A stretch of 63,607 bases of DNA, filler included, from Octopus bimaculoides (lineage: Eukaryota): NCBI RefSeq assembly GCF_001194135.2. It is 5 parts of 4 records of this genome, joined end to end, with 100 filler letters (N's around TTAATTAATTAA, not from the genome) between each part and the next. Parts side by side here need not be neighbours in the genome. Positions count along the whole stretch, not along the records: positions 1 to 30,081 come from NC_068981.1; positions 30,182 to 48,766 come from NC_068981.1; 3 more parts are not named here. The stretch is one strand, 5' to 3'. Positions within the stretch are counted from its first letter, which is position 1. Every line of letters starts with the position of its first letter. Of this stretch, positions 29,086 through 40,886 are shown in pieces. Position numbers and translations under genes: made by a program. The notes beneath the pieces were generated by a model. That model did no database searches and was not told where the DNA came from. It worked only from the letters and a program-made list of their open reading frames with translations.

Positions 29086-29215
29086 AGGATTTTGATAATA
29101 AATTTCGATATAGATAGTTCAATATATTCAGAAGCACATGAGTGTAGTGTGTCATTTTCATTCTTCCAATCAGAACTTGGTAGTGTTTGAGACATTTTCG
29201 TCAATGGAGTCACTG

Positions 29216-29246
<31 letters not shown>

Positions 29247-29714
29247 TGTATGTATGTATGTATGTATGTATGTATGTATGCATGTCTGTGTATGTGTGCG
29301 TGTGTGTGTGTGTGTGTGAATGTATCTATGTATGCATGTGTGTGTACCTGTGTGCATTGCTCGACTTGGGGCTATTGTAGAAGATACTTGTTTAAGGCGC
29401 TGTGTAGTAGGACTGAACCTAAGACCACGTGGTTGCAAAGCGAGCTTCTTTACCACACAGCCTTTTATACACACACACACGCGCGCGCGCACACGCACAT
29501 TCCTGGCCTGCTGCGATGATAGCGGATCTCCGTCGTTCGACACCGAGCATTCAGTTGATCGATTAACCAAAGTGATTGAGTATTACAGAGTATTACGCAG
29601 ATACATGTATCGTGAATGTAATTAACAGGAAAGAATCAGTGTATGTGGCAAAGTTGTCCCTATTGAATTACAGGTACCATAATCTTAATGAGAAGCATTA
29701 AGGAAAACTTTCTA

Positions 29715-30050
29715 AAGAAGTCTGCTTCTCAACCACATGAGTCTGGGTTCCTCTCCACTGCGTGCACCTTGGGCAAGTGTTTTCTATTGTAACCTGGGAC
29801 CGACCAAAGCTGAGTGAATGGACTTCATAGACGGAAACTGAAAGAAGCCCGTTGTATATATACGGCCATATCACTTTGAAAACACCGGTTCTCGTCCGAT
29901 CACCGAAGTTAAGCAACGTCGAGCCTAGTGAGTACTTAGATGGGTGACCGCTTGGGAAACCTAGGTGCTGTAAGAGTCACACACTTAAATGGCGGTGCGT
30001 CAGCATGGCCACAGCTCATGAGCTGAAAGTAGATAAAATGAAAAATGAAA
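29715..30050 (+). mobile_element. Dominant SINE 5' half and 3' tail flanking the 5S copy
   Basis: caaccacatg...accttgggcaagtg...gacggaaactgaaagaagcccgttgtata (29715-29860) and ggcggtgcgtcagcatggccacag...ctgaaa (29991-30030). Confidence 0.75.
29858..29975 (+). rRNA. Near full-length 5S rRNA copy (pseudogene or SINE3 head)
   Basis: TACGGCCATATCACTTTGAAAACACCGGTTCTCGTCCGATCACCGAAGTTAAGCAACGTCGAGCCTAGTGAGTACTTAGATGGGTGACCGCTTGGGAAACCTAGGTGCTGTAAG is recognisable metazoan 5S. Helix I (TACGGC/GCTGTA) and CCTAG/CTAGG pairing are intact and box A/box C are present. The first ~3 nt are lost and there is no oligo-T terminator. Confidence 0.9.
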
Positions 30051-30081
30051 AAAATGATATATATATATATATATATATATA

Positions 30082-30181
30082 NNNNNNNNNNNNNNNNNNN
30101 NNNNNNNNNNNNNNNNNNNNNNNNNTTAATTAATTAANNNNNNNNNNNNNNNNNNNNNNNNNNNNNNNNNNNNNNNNNNNN
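30082..30181. other. Artificial scaffolding spacer (44 N + TTAATTAATTAA + 44 N)
   Basis: Exactly 100 bp; the 12-mer gives a stop in all six frames; the identical pad occurs four times. Confidence 0.95.
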
Positions 30182-30216
<35 letters not shown>

Positions 30217-30439
30217 GGTATATATATATGCCAAATGAAAGACAAGATGGGATATACAAGAATGTATTATTAATCACGACTATTGTTTTGACACATCTAG
30301 CATCTATTCCTCATGAATGAGAGAATGAGACACTCAACAACTGGTTCAGGAGCATCCGGTGGTGCAGATGTATCTCATTGGGTGATAAATAAATACAAAT
30401 CATTAAAATGACTGTTTCGCAATGTAACTTTCCATTTTC

Positions 30440-33400
30440 GTCATCATCATCATTATTGTTTAATGTCCGTTTTCCATACTGGCATGGTTTGGACGGTTTG
30501 ACTGAGGTCTGGAGAGCGAAAGGCTGCACCAGGCTCCAATCTGATCTGGCAATGTTTCTACAGCTGGATGCTCTTCCTAACGCCACCCACTCTGAGAGTG
30601 TAGTGGATGTGTTTTACGTACCACCAGCACAAGAGCTAGTCAGGCGGGCCTGGTATCGATCACATTCAGATTGGTACTGGCATTATGTTATTGGGTACTG
30701 GCATCGGCCACATACGGTTGGTGCTTTTTACATGCCATTGGCATGAGAACCAGTCAGGGGGTACTGGCATCGGCCACGTTTGGATGGTGCCCCTTTACGT
30801 GCCACCAGCATGGGAACCAGTCAGTCAGACCTGGCATAGACCACATTTGGATGGTGCCTTTCATGTGCCACTGGCATGGGAGCCAGTCAGGGGGCACTAG
30901 CCACAGCTACGATATTGGTTTTACTTGACTCAACAGGTCTTCTCAAGCATATCATATTGCACAACGCATCAGGGGTACTCTTAACTGGGCCAGACACATG
31001 TGGCTGTGATCTCACTTCAGTTGCTGGGTTTTCTCAATCACAGCATATCTCCAAAGGTCTCGGTCTCCTGTCATTGCCTTTATGAGGCCCAATGTTTGAA
31101 GGTCATGCTTCACCACCTCATCCAATGTCTTCCTGGGTCTACCTCTTCCACAGGTTCCTTCCACAGTTAGGGAATGACACTACCGCATGCAGCTGTCCTC
31201 ACCCATATGTAACACATGACCATACTAGCGCAAATGTCTCTCTTGCACACCACATTTGATGCTTCTTATACCCAACTTTTCTCTCAGAGCACTTACACTT
31301 TGTCGTGTATGCACACTGACATTACACATCCAGTGGATCATACTGGCTTCATTTCTTTCAAGCCTATGTATATCCTCAGCAGTCATGGCTCAGGTTTCAC
31401 TGCCATGTAGCATGGCAGTTTGCACACATGCATCATACATCTACCTTTCATCTGGGCGAGAGGCCCTCAGTTGCCAGCAAACGTAGGAGCCCCGTGAACT
31501 TTGCCCAGGCTATTCTTTTTTCTAGCCACTACACTCTCAGAGCACCCCCCCCCCCCCCNNNNNNNNNNTGTCTACTTCTAGTTTCTTCCCCTGGCATGTA
31601 ATGGAATCTGTTGTCTGTACATCTTCAGTGTTTATTGCCCCTGTGCATCTGCCACACAAAAACTATTTTCCCAGTTAACCTTTGTTTAATATTGCTGCAC
31701 CTTTTATGTGTCCATAACTTACACCGAGTACTTTGTATGGAGTTTCTACCTATGCATTTTCTACAGATCTAGCAGGGCCATCTACCTGAAGGAGATTGTG
31801 GTTTGAAAGCCTTCCTACTTACTAAGACTTTGGTTTTTGCTAGGTTGACTCTAAGGCCCTTTTATTCTAGACCTTGCATCCACACCCTAAACTTTGTCTC
31901 TAGTTCTGGCAATGACTCAGCTATTAGGGCAAGGTCATCAGCATAGAGGAGCTCCCAGGGGCAGCCTGTCTTGAACTCGTCTGTTATTACCTGGAGGACT
32001 ATAATGAATAAGAGGGGTCTGAGGACTGATCCTTGGTGAACCCCTACTTCTACTCGGAATTCTTCACTATACTTGTTGCCAACCCTCACCTTACTGACAG
32101 TATCCCTGTACAGGGCTTGCCAACCACTCATGTATCCTCAGTTTCTGCATTGATCATCAGATAAGGGATCGGGGGACCCTGTGAAAGGTTTTCTCCAAGT
32201 CAACAAAAACCAAGTACAGAGGTTTATCTTTGGTTAGATATTTCTCCTACAGTTGCCTTACCAGAAATATAACTCTCTCCCTAATTAGTTGGGCTATGAC
32301 CTTCTCTGTAACTTTCATCACCTGATCGAATAATTTGATACCCCTATAGTAGACAGGGACATTAGAGCAAAGAAACAGGCTTAGAAGGCCTGGAAGAGTG
32401 GGGGTAGTAGGATAATGTATCAGATAGCCAAAAGGGAAGCTAGGAGACAGATATATATAGTCAAGGAAGTAGGAGAAAAGAAGTTTGCCAATGTTCAGCA
32501 ATGTGAGGATCAAAGAAAGGCAGTATTTCGGATAGCAAGACAGTGTGTGAGAGAAAACTGTGACTGAGTGGTTGGCGTTAGGAAGGGCATCCAGCTGTAG
32601 AAACTCTGCCAAATTAGACTGGAGCCTGGTGTTGCCATCCGGTTTCACCAGTCCTCAGTCAAATCGTCCAACCCATGCTAGCATGGAAAGCGGACGTTAA
32701 ACGATGATGATGATGATGATGATAGTTATTTCTGTCTAAAGCATCACCTTTATTCTTGTAGCAGTTGACTATGGTGCTGCTACACCAGTCATTGGGTATG
32801 ACTCCTTCATGAACTACCTGATTTACGATGTGAGTGTCAAGACCATAACCCACACTGCCTGGTATTTTAAGCATCTCAGCGGTGATTCCTGATGGTCCAA
32901 GTGCTTTCCCTGTTTTCATATCCTTAATTGCTTTATCGACCAGGGTACTATCGATTTGGGTAGCTGGTCCTTCAATTGGGTCAACCTTTGGCAGACTCTC
33001 CTCCTCCCATTCATTCTCCACATTCAGTAGTCTTTCATAATGACATCTCCAAGCCTCTTTCTTTGCAGAATCATTAAACGCAAGGGAACCATCATCTATG
33101 TGGACACATTTCTCTTTTATGACATCACAGTTTTCTCTCACACACTGTCTTGCTATCCGAAATACTGCCTTTCTTTGATCCTCACATTGCTGAACATTGG
33201 CAAACTTCTTTTCTCCTACTTCCTTGACTATATATATCTGTCTCCTAGCTTCCCTTTTGGCTATCTGATACATTATCCTACTACCCCCACTCTTCCAGGC
33301 CTTCTAAGCCTGTTTCTTTGCTCTAATGTCCCTGTCTACAATATTGTTCCACCACCATGTTACCCTAGGTCTGGAAGGGACTTTGCCCCAGCCACAGATT

Positions 33401-33750
33401 TGGTCTGTGGCACTCAGCAAGCTCTCTCACAGGAATTCCCAGCTGCCTTCTATGTCACAGGACTGGATCTCCTCCTCCTTGTCATCAGTTTTCTCAGTAA
33501 GGATATCCCTAAATCTCTGACCATGTGAAGGGTTCTTAAACTTCCAAGTCCTTCTTTTCCAGATTGGTCTGCTTTTTGGCATCCTTTTGATCTCGAGTCT
33601 AAAGTCACTAATAACTTGTCTATGTTGGAGGGTACATACTTCCCCAGGGAGGGTCTTTGTATTTAAGAGCAACCAGCCACAAAGATGAGATCATTGTGAC
33701 TTGTCTTTGAGGTAGCCTGCAGAAGAACATCATAAGAATGATCCTTCTGT
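30440..33750 (-). mobile_element. RTE-clade non-LTR retrotransposon, 5'-truncated and decayed (linker, RT, 3'UTR, (GAT)n tail)
   Basis: Minus-strand peptides KTGKALGPSGITAEML, NCYKNKGDALDRNNYRGIKL, FVDLEK, VGVHQGSVLRPLLF and WELLYADDL. Has frameshifts and stops. The 3' end carries the TTAGGAAGAGCATCCAGCTGTAGAAAC-type RTE motif and a (cat)n tail at ~30440. Confidence 0.9.
32349..32726 (+). mobile_element. Composite insertion: 215-bp inverted copy of 33125-33339 + young RTE 3' tail + (GAT)n, with ATAGT target-site duplication
   Basis: 32349-32563 is the exact reverse complement of 33125-33339. 32565-32723 is an RTE tail (gagtggttggcgttaggaagggcatccagctg...aaacgatgatgat). ATAGT at 32346-32350 and 32722-32726 interrupts the host codons N-Y-R-G. 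Confidence 0.85.
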
Positions 33751-34224
33751 TCATTTGGTAGGCACTGGGGGTTGATGTAATTGACTTAATCCTTTTGTCT
33801 GTCCTTGTTTGTCCCCTTTATGCTTAGCCCCTTGTGGGCAATAAAGAAATAAGATATAAATATTTAAAAAAAAGAGGGTAAGTGGGCTGCTATCTGGTTT
33901 AGTTAGTCCAGAGAGGAAGGAGAGGGTGGTAAGATTACCATTATAAGAGGAGAGAGGGAAAGAGCAACTGGAAAGAGATTTCCGGTATTGGTTGTGATTT
34001 CGAAACCACTGACACAAAAGGTCATTTTAAGGGGTAGAGCAAACAAGAAAGAAGTATTTTAGAGAATAGATGAGTTTGAATGAATGAGGCGATAAAAAAC
34101 AAGAGAAATTCTTAGCTTAGCTGTGCATATTTTCGAGTGTCCTCAATGGCCAAACACATGGAATAAACTAATGCAAGTCTGGGATAAATTAAGATAAACA
34201 AAGTTGTTTTTATATTTTAAAATA

Positions 34225-34840
34225 TACTCTCCTTCAATCTCTACAATGCTCCTCAATCTATCTGGTAGACTTGCAAGGCCCCTCTTCCAAAATTCACTTA
34301 TCCGTGATGAAAAATACTCCTACAGTACTGTTCTAACTTCGTGTACAGAATTCATATTTTTTCCATCCAAATGATTTTGAAGACTGTGGAATAAATGATA
34401 ATCAGATAGAGCAATGTCCAGCAAATATGGTTGGTGGGGCATCATTTTCCATTCAAACTGCATCTACCTTTGAATGTCATCCTCGCTGTATGTGGCTGAG
34501 CATTATCCTGATGGAAGAACACCTTTCATCTTGAAACGAAAGATGATTGTTTTTCTTCTAGCGCTGGTGTCAATGAATGACCAAATCCAAGCTTCTCTGC
34601 TAATTCCTCAACAGTTATAATGGGATTTTGTTCTACAGATCTTCCAGGATGAGGCTTGTCTTCTAGGCTGTAGTTTTTGGCTCAGAATTTCTGGAACTAC
34701 TGTTGACACTGGCTCATGCTTATTGTCCGATCCCCATATATTGCATTAATATTCCTTGCACTTTCCGTTGCATTGTTGCCATTATTGAACTCATAGAGCA
34801 AAATATGCTGAATATGCTCCTTTGTCACTTCCATTATAGC
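34225..34840 (-). mobile_element. Decayed, internally deleted mariner transposase
   Basis: N-terminal MEVTKEHIQH..LYEFNNGNNATESARNINAIYG...LEDKPHPGR and C-terminal FHQDNAQPHTA...HQPYLLDIALSDYHLFHSLQNHLDG. Confidence 0.8.
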
Positions 34841-35012
34841 TTTGAAAAAATAACTATTTAAATCAAACTGCACTCTTCAAAGCTTGCACTAAGAATAATA
34901 ACAAGTTAAAATTACTACCTGCTTTTATTGCAAGTTGATGCAGGTAGTTTATCCTGTCCCCCTCTGACTTTTAGTTCATACAATTGAAAAGCTGCATTAT
35001 TTATGAGATGAC

Positions 35013-35062
<50 letters not shown>

Positions 35063-35094
35063 ACCTTGAAGAATTTTTAGTGAAATGAATGAAT

Positions 35095-35330
35095 CCTAGT
35101 ACTTATTTTGTTTTGAGCCTAATATTTATTCTATCAGCTTCTTTTACTGAACTGCTAAGTTATGGGGATATAATCACACTAATGCCAGTTGTCAAGTGGG
35201 GGACAAACACATGGTTTAAGTTGGTCTGAGATTATAGTAGAAGATACTTGCTCATGGTGTCATACTGTGCGAGTGAACCTGGAATCATGTGGTTGAGAAA
35301 CAAACTTCTTATCAGACAGCCATGCCTGCA
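35095..35330 (-). mobile_element. Degenerate dominant SINE upstream of the UBX-like exon
   Basis: acttattt...actgaactgctaagttatggggata...gttgtcaag...tatagtagaagatacttgc...catgtggttg. Confidence 0.65.
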
Positions 35331-35660
35331 CCTCAGAGAAGAGAACAGGGAGTACTTGATCCTATTTAGAAAACCAAGCAACATGACCAACCAGTCTAAG
35401 CTCACCTTCCCAAATTCTACAAGTAACAGGACACATCCCTATTTCTGAGTATAGTCATTTGTTGTATTATTACCTTCCTTGGAAACAGGTGAAGGTCACT
35501 GAGAGTAAGGGCATCTGACGATAGAAAATCTGCCTTAATTCCATGTTATGATGTGTTTAGTTTTATATTGATGAATTCAAGTCTGTGTGGTTTGTAATTG
35601 ATGCATGTCTGTTGGTTTGTTTACTTTGTTTTATACATCAGAGAAACCTTCTCCTTTTAG

Positions 35661-35780
35661 ATCCGACATCCCAACGGACAAAGTCTTCGAAATATTTTCG
35701 ATTCCAACAAACATTTGCAAGATGTTTGGGATTATGCAACAGATTATTTCCAAGAAATGGAAAACATGTGTTTAATACAG
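35661..35780 (+). CDS. Probable internal exon of a UBX-domain (p97/VCP cofactor-like) protein
   Basis: Acceptor ccttctccttttag|ATC and donor CAG|gtgagt; 120 nt, phase 0 to 0, stop-free: IRHPNGQSLRNIFDSNKHLQDVWDYATDYFQEMENMCLIQ. Resembles the UBX pattern IRxPxG...F.....L.DV.DY. Flanking exons were not found. Confidence 0.55.
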
Positions 35781-36633
35781 GTGAGTGGATAAATTTGTCT
35801 CATATGTTCCATCTTTTATAGGAATGTTTTGATTTAGATTTTGTTACAGTTTCATGGAATGCCGACTTACCTACTAAGCTGCTGGTTTCATACTTTGTAT
35901 CTTACTATAAGTGATGCCCTACATCATTCAGCAGTAAATTTAGTACCCAGTAGCTCAGTCTGCCTATGTTAACATCACCTCCCTGCCTCATATGAAGAGT
36001 ATGGCATGAAATGTCAGATTCTTCATGTCTTGAGACAAATGAACTTATTAAAACTCTTCTATTGACTACAGTATTTCTAATTGTGAGCACGCATCACTTC
36101 GAAGAGAAATTAATATTTTCAAAATGAGACTTGGCCTTTTCAAAGTGTGAATAGCAACTGCAAAGTGAGATTAGTAGGAAAAGATTTATTGAACAATAGA
36201 ATATAACGTTGGAACAGTGTAATGTCAACAGTATGAATCTGCCCATGAATTTTGAAATGTAACAATCACTTATATGTGGTTCTTGTTTTTCTATTTTCAA
36301 AGAATCTAAAATTAGTTTGTTTACAGTCTTCATTTGAAAGAATGCCTATGAAGTTAGTTATCAAAATACTTTGTAGCCCAATTCCAGATCAGGACAATCT
36401 ATATAGGGGGAAATAACTCTTGTCACTACTATACAGGGGAAATAACTTTTGTCACTACAATATACATGGCTGACATCCTGTGATTAAAACGTTGGTGTTT
36501 TTAATTTTGTTTTATTTATGATATAGCATCTTATTCTCCAATTGATAAAAGTTTCCTTGCTACATCTTCCTGAATTATGATATGTTATTCTTAGTTAATC
36601 AAGTCAAGTAAGTTTAAGTTGAAATGTGCTTGT

Positions 36634-36878
36634 TTTGAAATTATTAATCTCACTGAGAAGTAATGTGGTCTCACTTTGAAATTACTATCCCCACTATGAG
36701 GTGACATGCTCATTTTGAAATTCCTGATTTAATTTTGAAGTGATATATCCTCTCTTTGAAATCACTAGTCTTCCTTTGAAGTGTCATTTCCTTCCTTAGA
36801 ATTTGCTACTATCACTTGGAAGTAATATGCTCTCACATTGAAATTATTAATCTCACTTTGAAGTGACATATTCTAATT
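36634..36878 (+). repeat. Degenerate ~41-bp tandem array (6 units)
   Basis: Units start tttgaaat at 36634, 36675, 36714 and 36755, and with degenerate starts (ttagaat, attgaaat) at 36796 and 36837. Confidence 0.7.
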
Positions 36879-37676
36879 TTCCAAATGATATAGATGTTGC
36901 TGACCCAGATTACAGGCCAAGTTCCTCATCTTCTGGAGTATAACTCCTTATCTCTTGTTCTTATTCTGTTAGCAGAGGATATACAGGGTGGAAAATGATG
37001 GTTGAAATTAGTAGCAGCTCTACGTACTGAGAATGATTAAATTGATTATAACCATTATTTTTTTTTTTAATAATGTGTTACTTGTGCTTGTCTTTGAAGT
37101 TTTGCCACAGTTCACTGTTGTATACAACCAACAGAAATTTGGTTAGCATAGTGATGCTGAGATAAAGTCCATTTCTGGATATAGGCCAGTGTTAGATATG
37201 TTCACAACTATCCCTATATCAATCGCTTCTGTCATCACCATAGTATGGTAGTGACCAGTACTGTGTCTTTTCTAAACTCAAATTCTCAATCTACCAAATG
37301 GTAAATAGGCATTATGATGAAGTACAGGTCACTGTAGTAAGCAGCAAGGGAACTATATAATGAGTATTTTTTGTTGTGGTCAAGTCATCCTTGATGCAGC
37401 AGGACTACCATCAAAAGCATTTTGTTTGTGACCCTGCCATTGGTTTTAAGTGTGTATAGGATTACATTATTTAATGTAACCTTTTTTTTTCTTATCTGAA
37501 ATGGCAGTGTGTAATTTAAAGAAGATTTGGCTGCTATTTCTAGCAAGTTGAGTAACTACATGGTGGTTCGCTTGTGGGCTTTTGTTTAGTTACTTTGTGG
37601 TGTTGAGATGAAGACTCCCACATGGGTATAATTTAAAGAGAACTGGGAAGGCTGACCCATTGCATGCTTGTGCTTA

Positions 37677-37740
<64 letters not shown>

Positions 37741-38024
37741 AAATGTAGATGACCATATGAATAAAGTGTCAAATAAGAAATAGAAAGCTGGGTGTTTTGT
37801 GTGTGTGTGTGTTTTAGCAAAATTAAAAATTAAAATAGCTAATGGAAATAACACAAAGTGATCAATGACATGGGTTTGTATAATTAAATTAAATATTGAT
37901 GCATGGATCACAGTTGTTTTATAAATGTTGACCTGCAATAGAAGTGTCCGTCATTTAATCATGGTATGCTTCATTTTTTTGCGTTTCTTTTTTCCTTATT
38001 GGTGCTGGTTTACACATGACTCAT

Positions 38025-38270
38025 ATTTCTAGGATCCATGTGTAGAGGGTATTTACAAAAGCCTCCTGGTAGTCAATGTATTCCATGTCTTCTTTCACTT
38101 TCTAAAGTTTCCTTTATAGCTTTGCTGATCATATATTGATCTTAAAACCATATGAACCTTTATAGAAACCAGTCTGTTCTTCTGAGAATACTTTGTTTTC
38201 CTGCCAGAAGTTCATTTATTCTGCGGTATATCATTACAGTTAAAACATTGTATGCTGTAGAAATGCAGGT
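38025..38270 (-). mobile_element. R4/Dong-like (RLE-bearing) LINE RT fragment
   Basis: Degenerate EEQTGFYKGSYG..DQ.MISKAI...IDYQEAF...WILE. Confidence 0.55.
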
Positions 38271-38325
38271 AATGTGTTAATGAGTTTGTAGCTTTGAGGG
38301 TATTGTGATGAGAGTTATGACACCC

Positions 38326-39535
38326 TGTTGTGAGAGATAGACTGGTCTGAATAAAGTATAAATAGTAACGATCCATGTGAGTTCAGAGTTCGGAGTTGAG
38401 TGAAGTTCATGTTAGTTTGCAGTGAAATCAGAAGGTGTCGGTTGGTTAGTTCACAAGGAATATTGATAGTTGGTTTGTAAAGAAATTTGTTTAGTTCGTT
38501 ACATTGTCTCTACTGTTGTCTGGTTATCTTATTTATTGTACATAAGAAATTATATTACAAAAGCTGGCTATGAGGGTTCCAAAGCTCGCATAGGTTACTT
38601 AACAATTTGTTCATGATACAACTCGTTAAATAATGGAAGACCTATTAACTTCCATAGTACAGTTGCAAAACCAACAACAAGAGTAGCAACAGGAGTTGCA
38701 GAAGCAACTATTACAGCAACAACTATAACAACAATTATTGGAGCAATATTCAAAGAAGTCCAAAAATGAGGTAAGTTTGTTTTCGCCAGACAGTGTTTCG
38801 AACTCGATTAATGAATTCAGTTATAACCCAGAGGAGGGTATAACCTTTGCATTGTACTACAAAAGTTACAAGGAAATTTTTCAAGCAAGATTGCAAATCT
38901 TGGTCGGATGAACAAAAAGTGAAATTGTTATTGTGAAAATTAACTCTGTTAGAGCATAAACATTACTGTAATTTTGTATTGCCTAAAAAGATCAATGAAA
39001 TTTGTTTTAAAGAAAAAATAGAATTACTGTCTAACATATTCAGTGATAACACTTCTCTATTTAACATTCAAATGGAGTGTTGGAATATAATGAAAAAAGG
39101 GAATGATGATTTCATCACATATACAGGAACAGTCAAGAGGATGTGTGAAAGTTGTAAACACAAAGAACTTACACCTAAAATGTTCAAGTGTCTTATTTTT
39201 GTACAAGGCCTTACAGCAAGTGAAGATACAGAAATTCAGGCAAGAATTCTTTCTAAATTGGAACAAGCAAACCAATACCTAACCTTACAGTCCATGGCAG
39301 AAGAATGCCAAAAGATGGTAAAACTGAAACATGATTTAGAAAAAATTCAAGAAGAAGGTTCCTTAAAAATCCTGATATGCTGACCAGAAAAAGTACAGCA
39401 GAAAAGTGCGCCATGTCTTAATCCATGTTATGAATATGGGGGCATACATTTCAGGAAAGACTGTCCATTTAAAAATCAAAAAGGTTACATCTGCAAAAGA
39501 ATTGGTCGCAAGAGTTCACACTGCATAACAAAAGT
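38326..39535 (+). mobile_element. Ty3/Gypsy LTR retrotransposon remnant: 5' LTR, PBS and gag with zinc knuckles
   Basis: TGTTG...TTACA (38326-38559), then PBS-like TGGCTATGAGG at 38565 and a Q-rich gag start. ORF DDFITYTGTVKRMCE...FKCLIFVQGL...EIQARILSKLE...LTLQSMAEECQ, followed by degenerate CCHC knuckles (PCYEYGGIHFRKDC; YICKRIGRKSSHC). Confidence 0.75.
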
Positions 39536-39619
39536 ACGAAGATCAAACATTAAAAATCCTACATTCATTTTGTTAATGCCTTTCTTGCGTTGAGTAATCT
39601 CATCCATTTTGGAGGTGTG

Positions 39620-39764
39620 GGTGTATGATTAGCAAGTTTGCTTCTCAACCACATTGTTTCTGGTCCAGTCCAATGTGTAGCATCTTGGGGAAGTATCTTC
39701 TACTGTAGATCCTGGTCGACTAAAGCCTAGTGAGTGAATTTGGTAGAGGGACACTAAAAGACAC

Positions 39765-39829
<65 letters not shown>

Positions 39830-40232
39830 TGTGGCTGTGTGGTAAGAATCTTGCTTCTCAACCACATGGTTCTTGGTTAAGTCCCACTGTGTGGCACCTT
39901 GGGCAAGTGTCTTCTACTATAGCCTTGACCTGACCAAAGCCTTGTGAGTGGATTTGGCACACAGAAACTGAAAGAAGCCTGTTGTATATATATATGTATG
40001 TATGTGTGTGTGCGTGCCTTTGTGCCTGTGTTTGTCCCTCCCACAATTACTTGACAACTGATGTTGGTGTGTTTACATCCCTGTAAGAACAGTTCAGCAA
40101 AAGAGACTGATAGAATAACTACTAGGCTTATAAAGAGTAAGTCCTGGAGTTGATTGCTTCGACTATAGAAAAAATTCCTTTGAGGTGGTGCTCCAGCATG
40201 GCCACTGTCAGATTGACTGAAATAAGTAAGAG
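39620..40232 (+). mobile_element. Tandem dominant SINEs (one partial, one full length)
   Basis: gtggctgtgtggtaagaatcttgcttctcaaccacatggttc...ggtggtgctccagcatggccactgtc. Confidence 0.85.
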
Positions 40233-40272
40233 AATACGCGCACACACACGCACACACACACGCACACACACA

Positions 40273-40348
<76 letters not shown>

Positions 40349-40352
<4 letters not shown>

Positions 40353-40886
40353 CTCTGATTAAAAAGTATCAGAACTGTTGCTATGGTAATGGTGCTAAAG
40401 TACACAGAGTGAAACTGCTTGGTATAGACTGACCTTGAACTGTGTCATGTATGCATACTAAGTTATAACATTCTCACTTCTAGTTTTTATGCCAGTGCTT
40501 GGATGTAAAGTGTGTAGAGTGTGGTCCTCTCACCACATGACAGGAGTTCCATCAGTGACCATGCAGAGAAAATGTGTGTGTGTGTGTACATGGAAAGAGA
40601 CACAGCTTGAAGGTTAATACGGCAAAGAATCTTTCTAAAAGAAATCAAATCTTGCTTGAAAGGGACAAGATCTCATGATGCTGAGAAAATCAAAGAGTAT
40701 GTGACGGGACAGCTGCTCACTGTCTCAGAAGTGGAGTCCCAGGAATGCTTCCAGCAATGGAAACAATGCTGTATAAAGTGTGTGTCTTCAGAAGGGGGCT
40801 ACTTCAAAGAAGATTAAACAGTGAATTGGTATGTGTGTTGTTTTCTTTTTATAGCACCACCCCTGATGCTTTTTGATCAGGCCTAG
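40349..40886 (+). mobile_element. Internally deleted mariner (irritans-like TIR)
   Basis: TIRs cgagctctgattaaaaagtatcag / ctgatgctttttgatcaggcctag|ta. C-terminal EIKSCLKG...FQQWKQCCIKCVSSEGGYFKED*. Confidence 0.75.

Noticed and set aside
35850-35972. Possible next UBX exon after a 69-nt intron (FHGMP...NLVPSSSVCLC*)
   Set aside because: It lacks the FPxR motif and the spacing is ~10 aa too long; probably coincidental.
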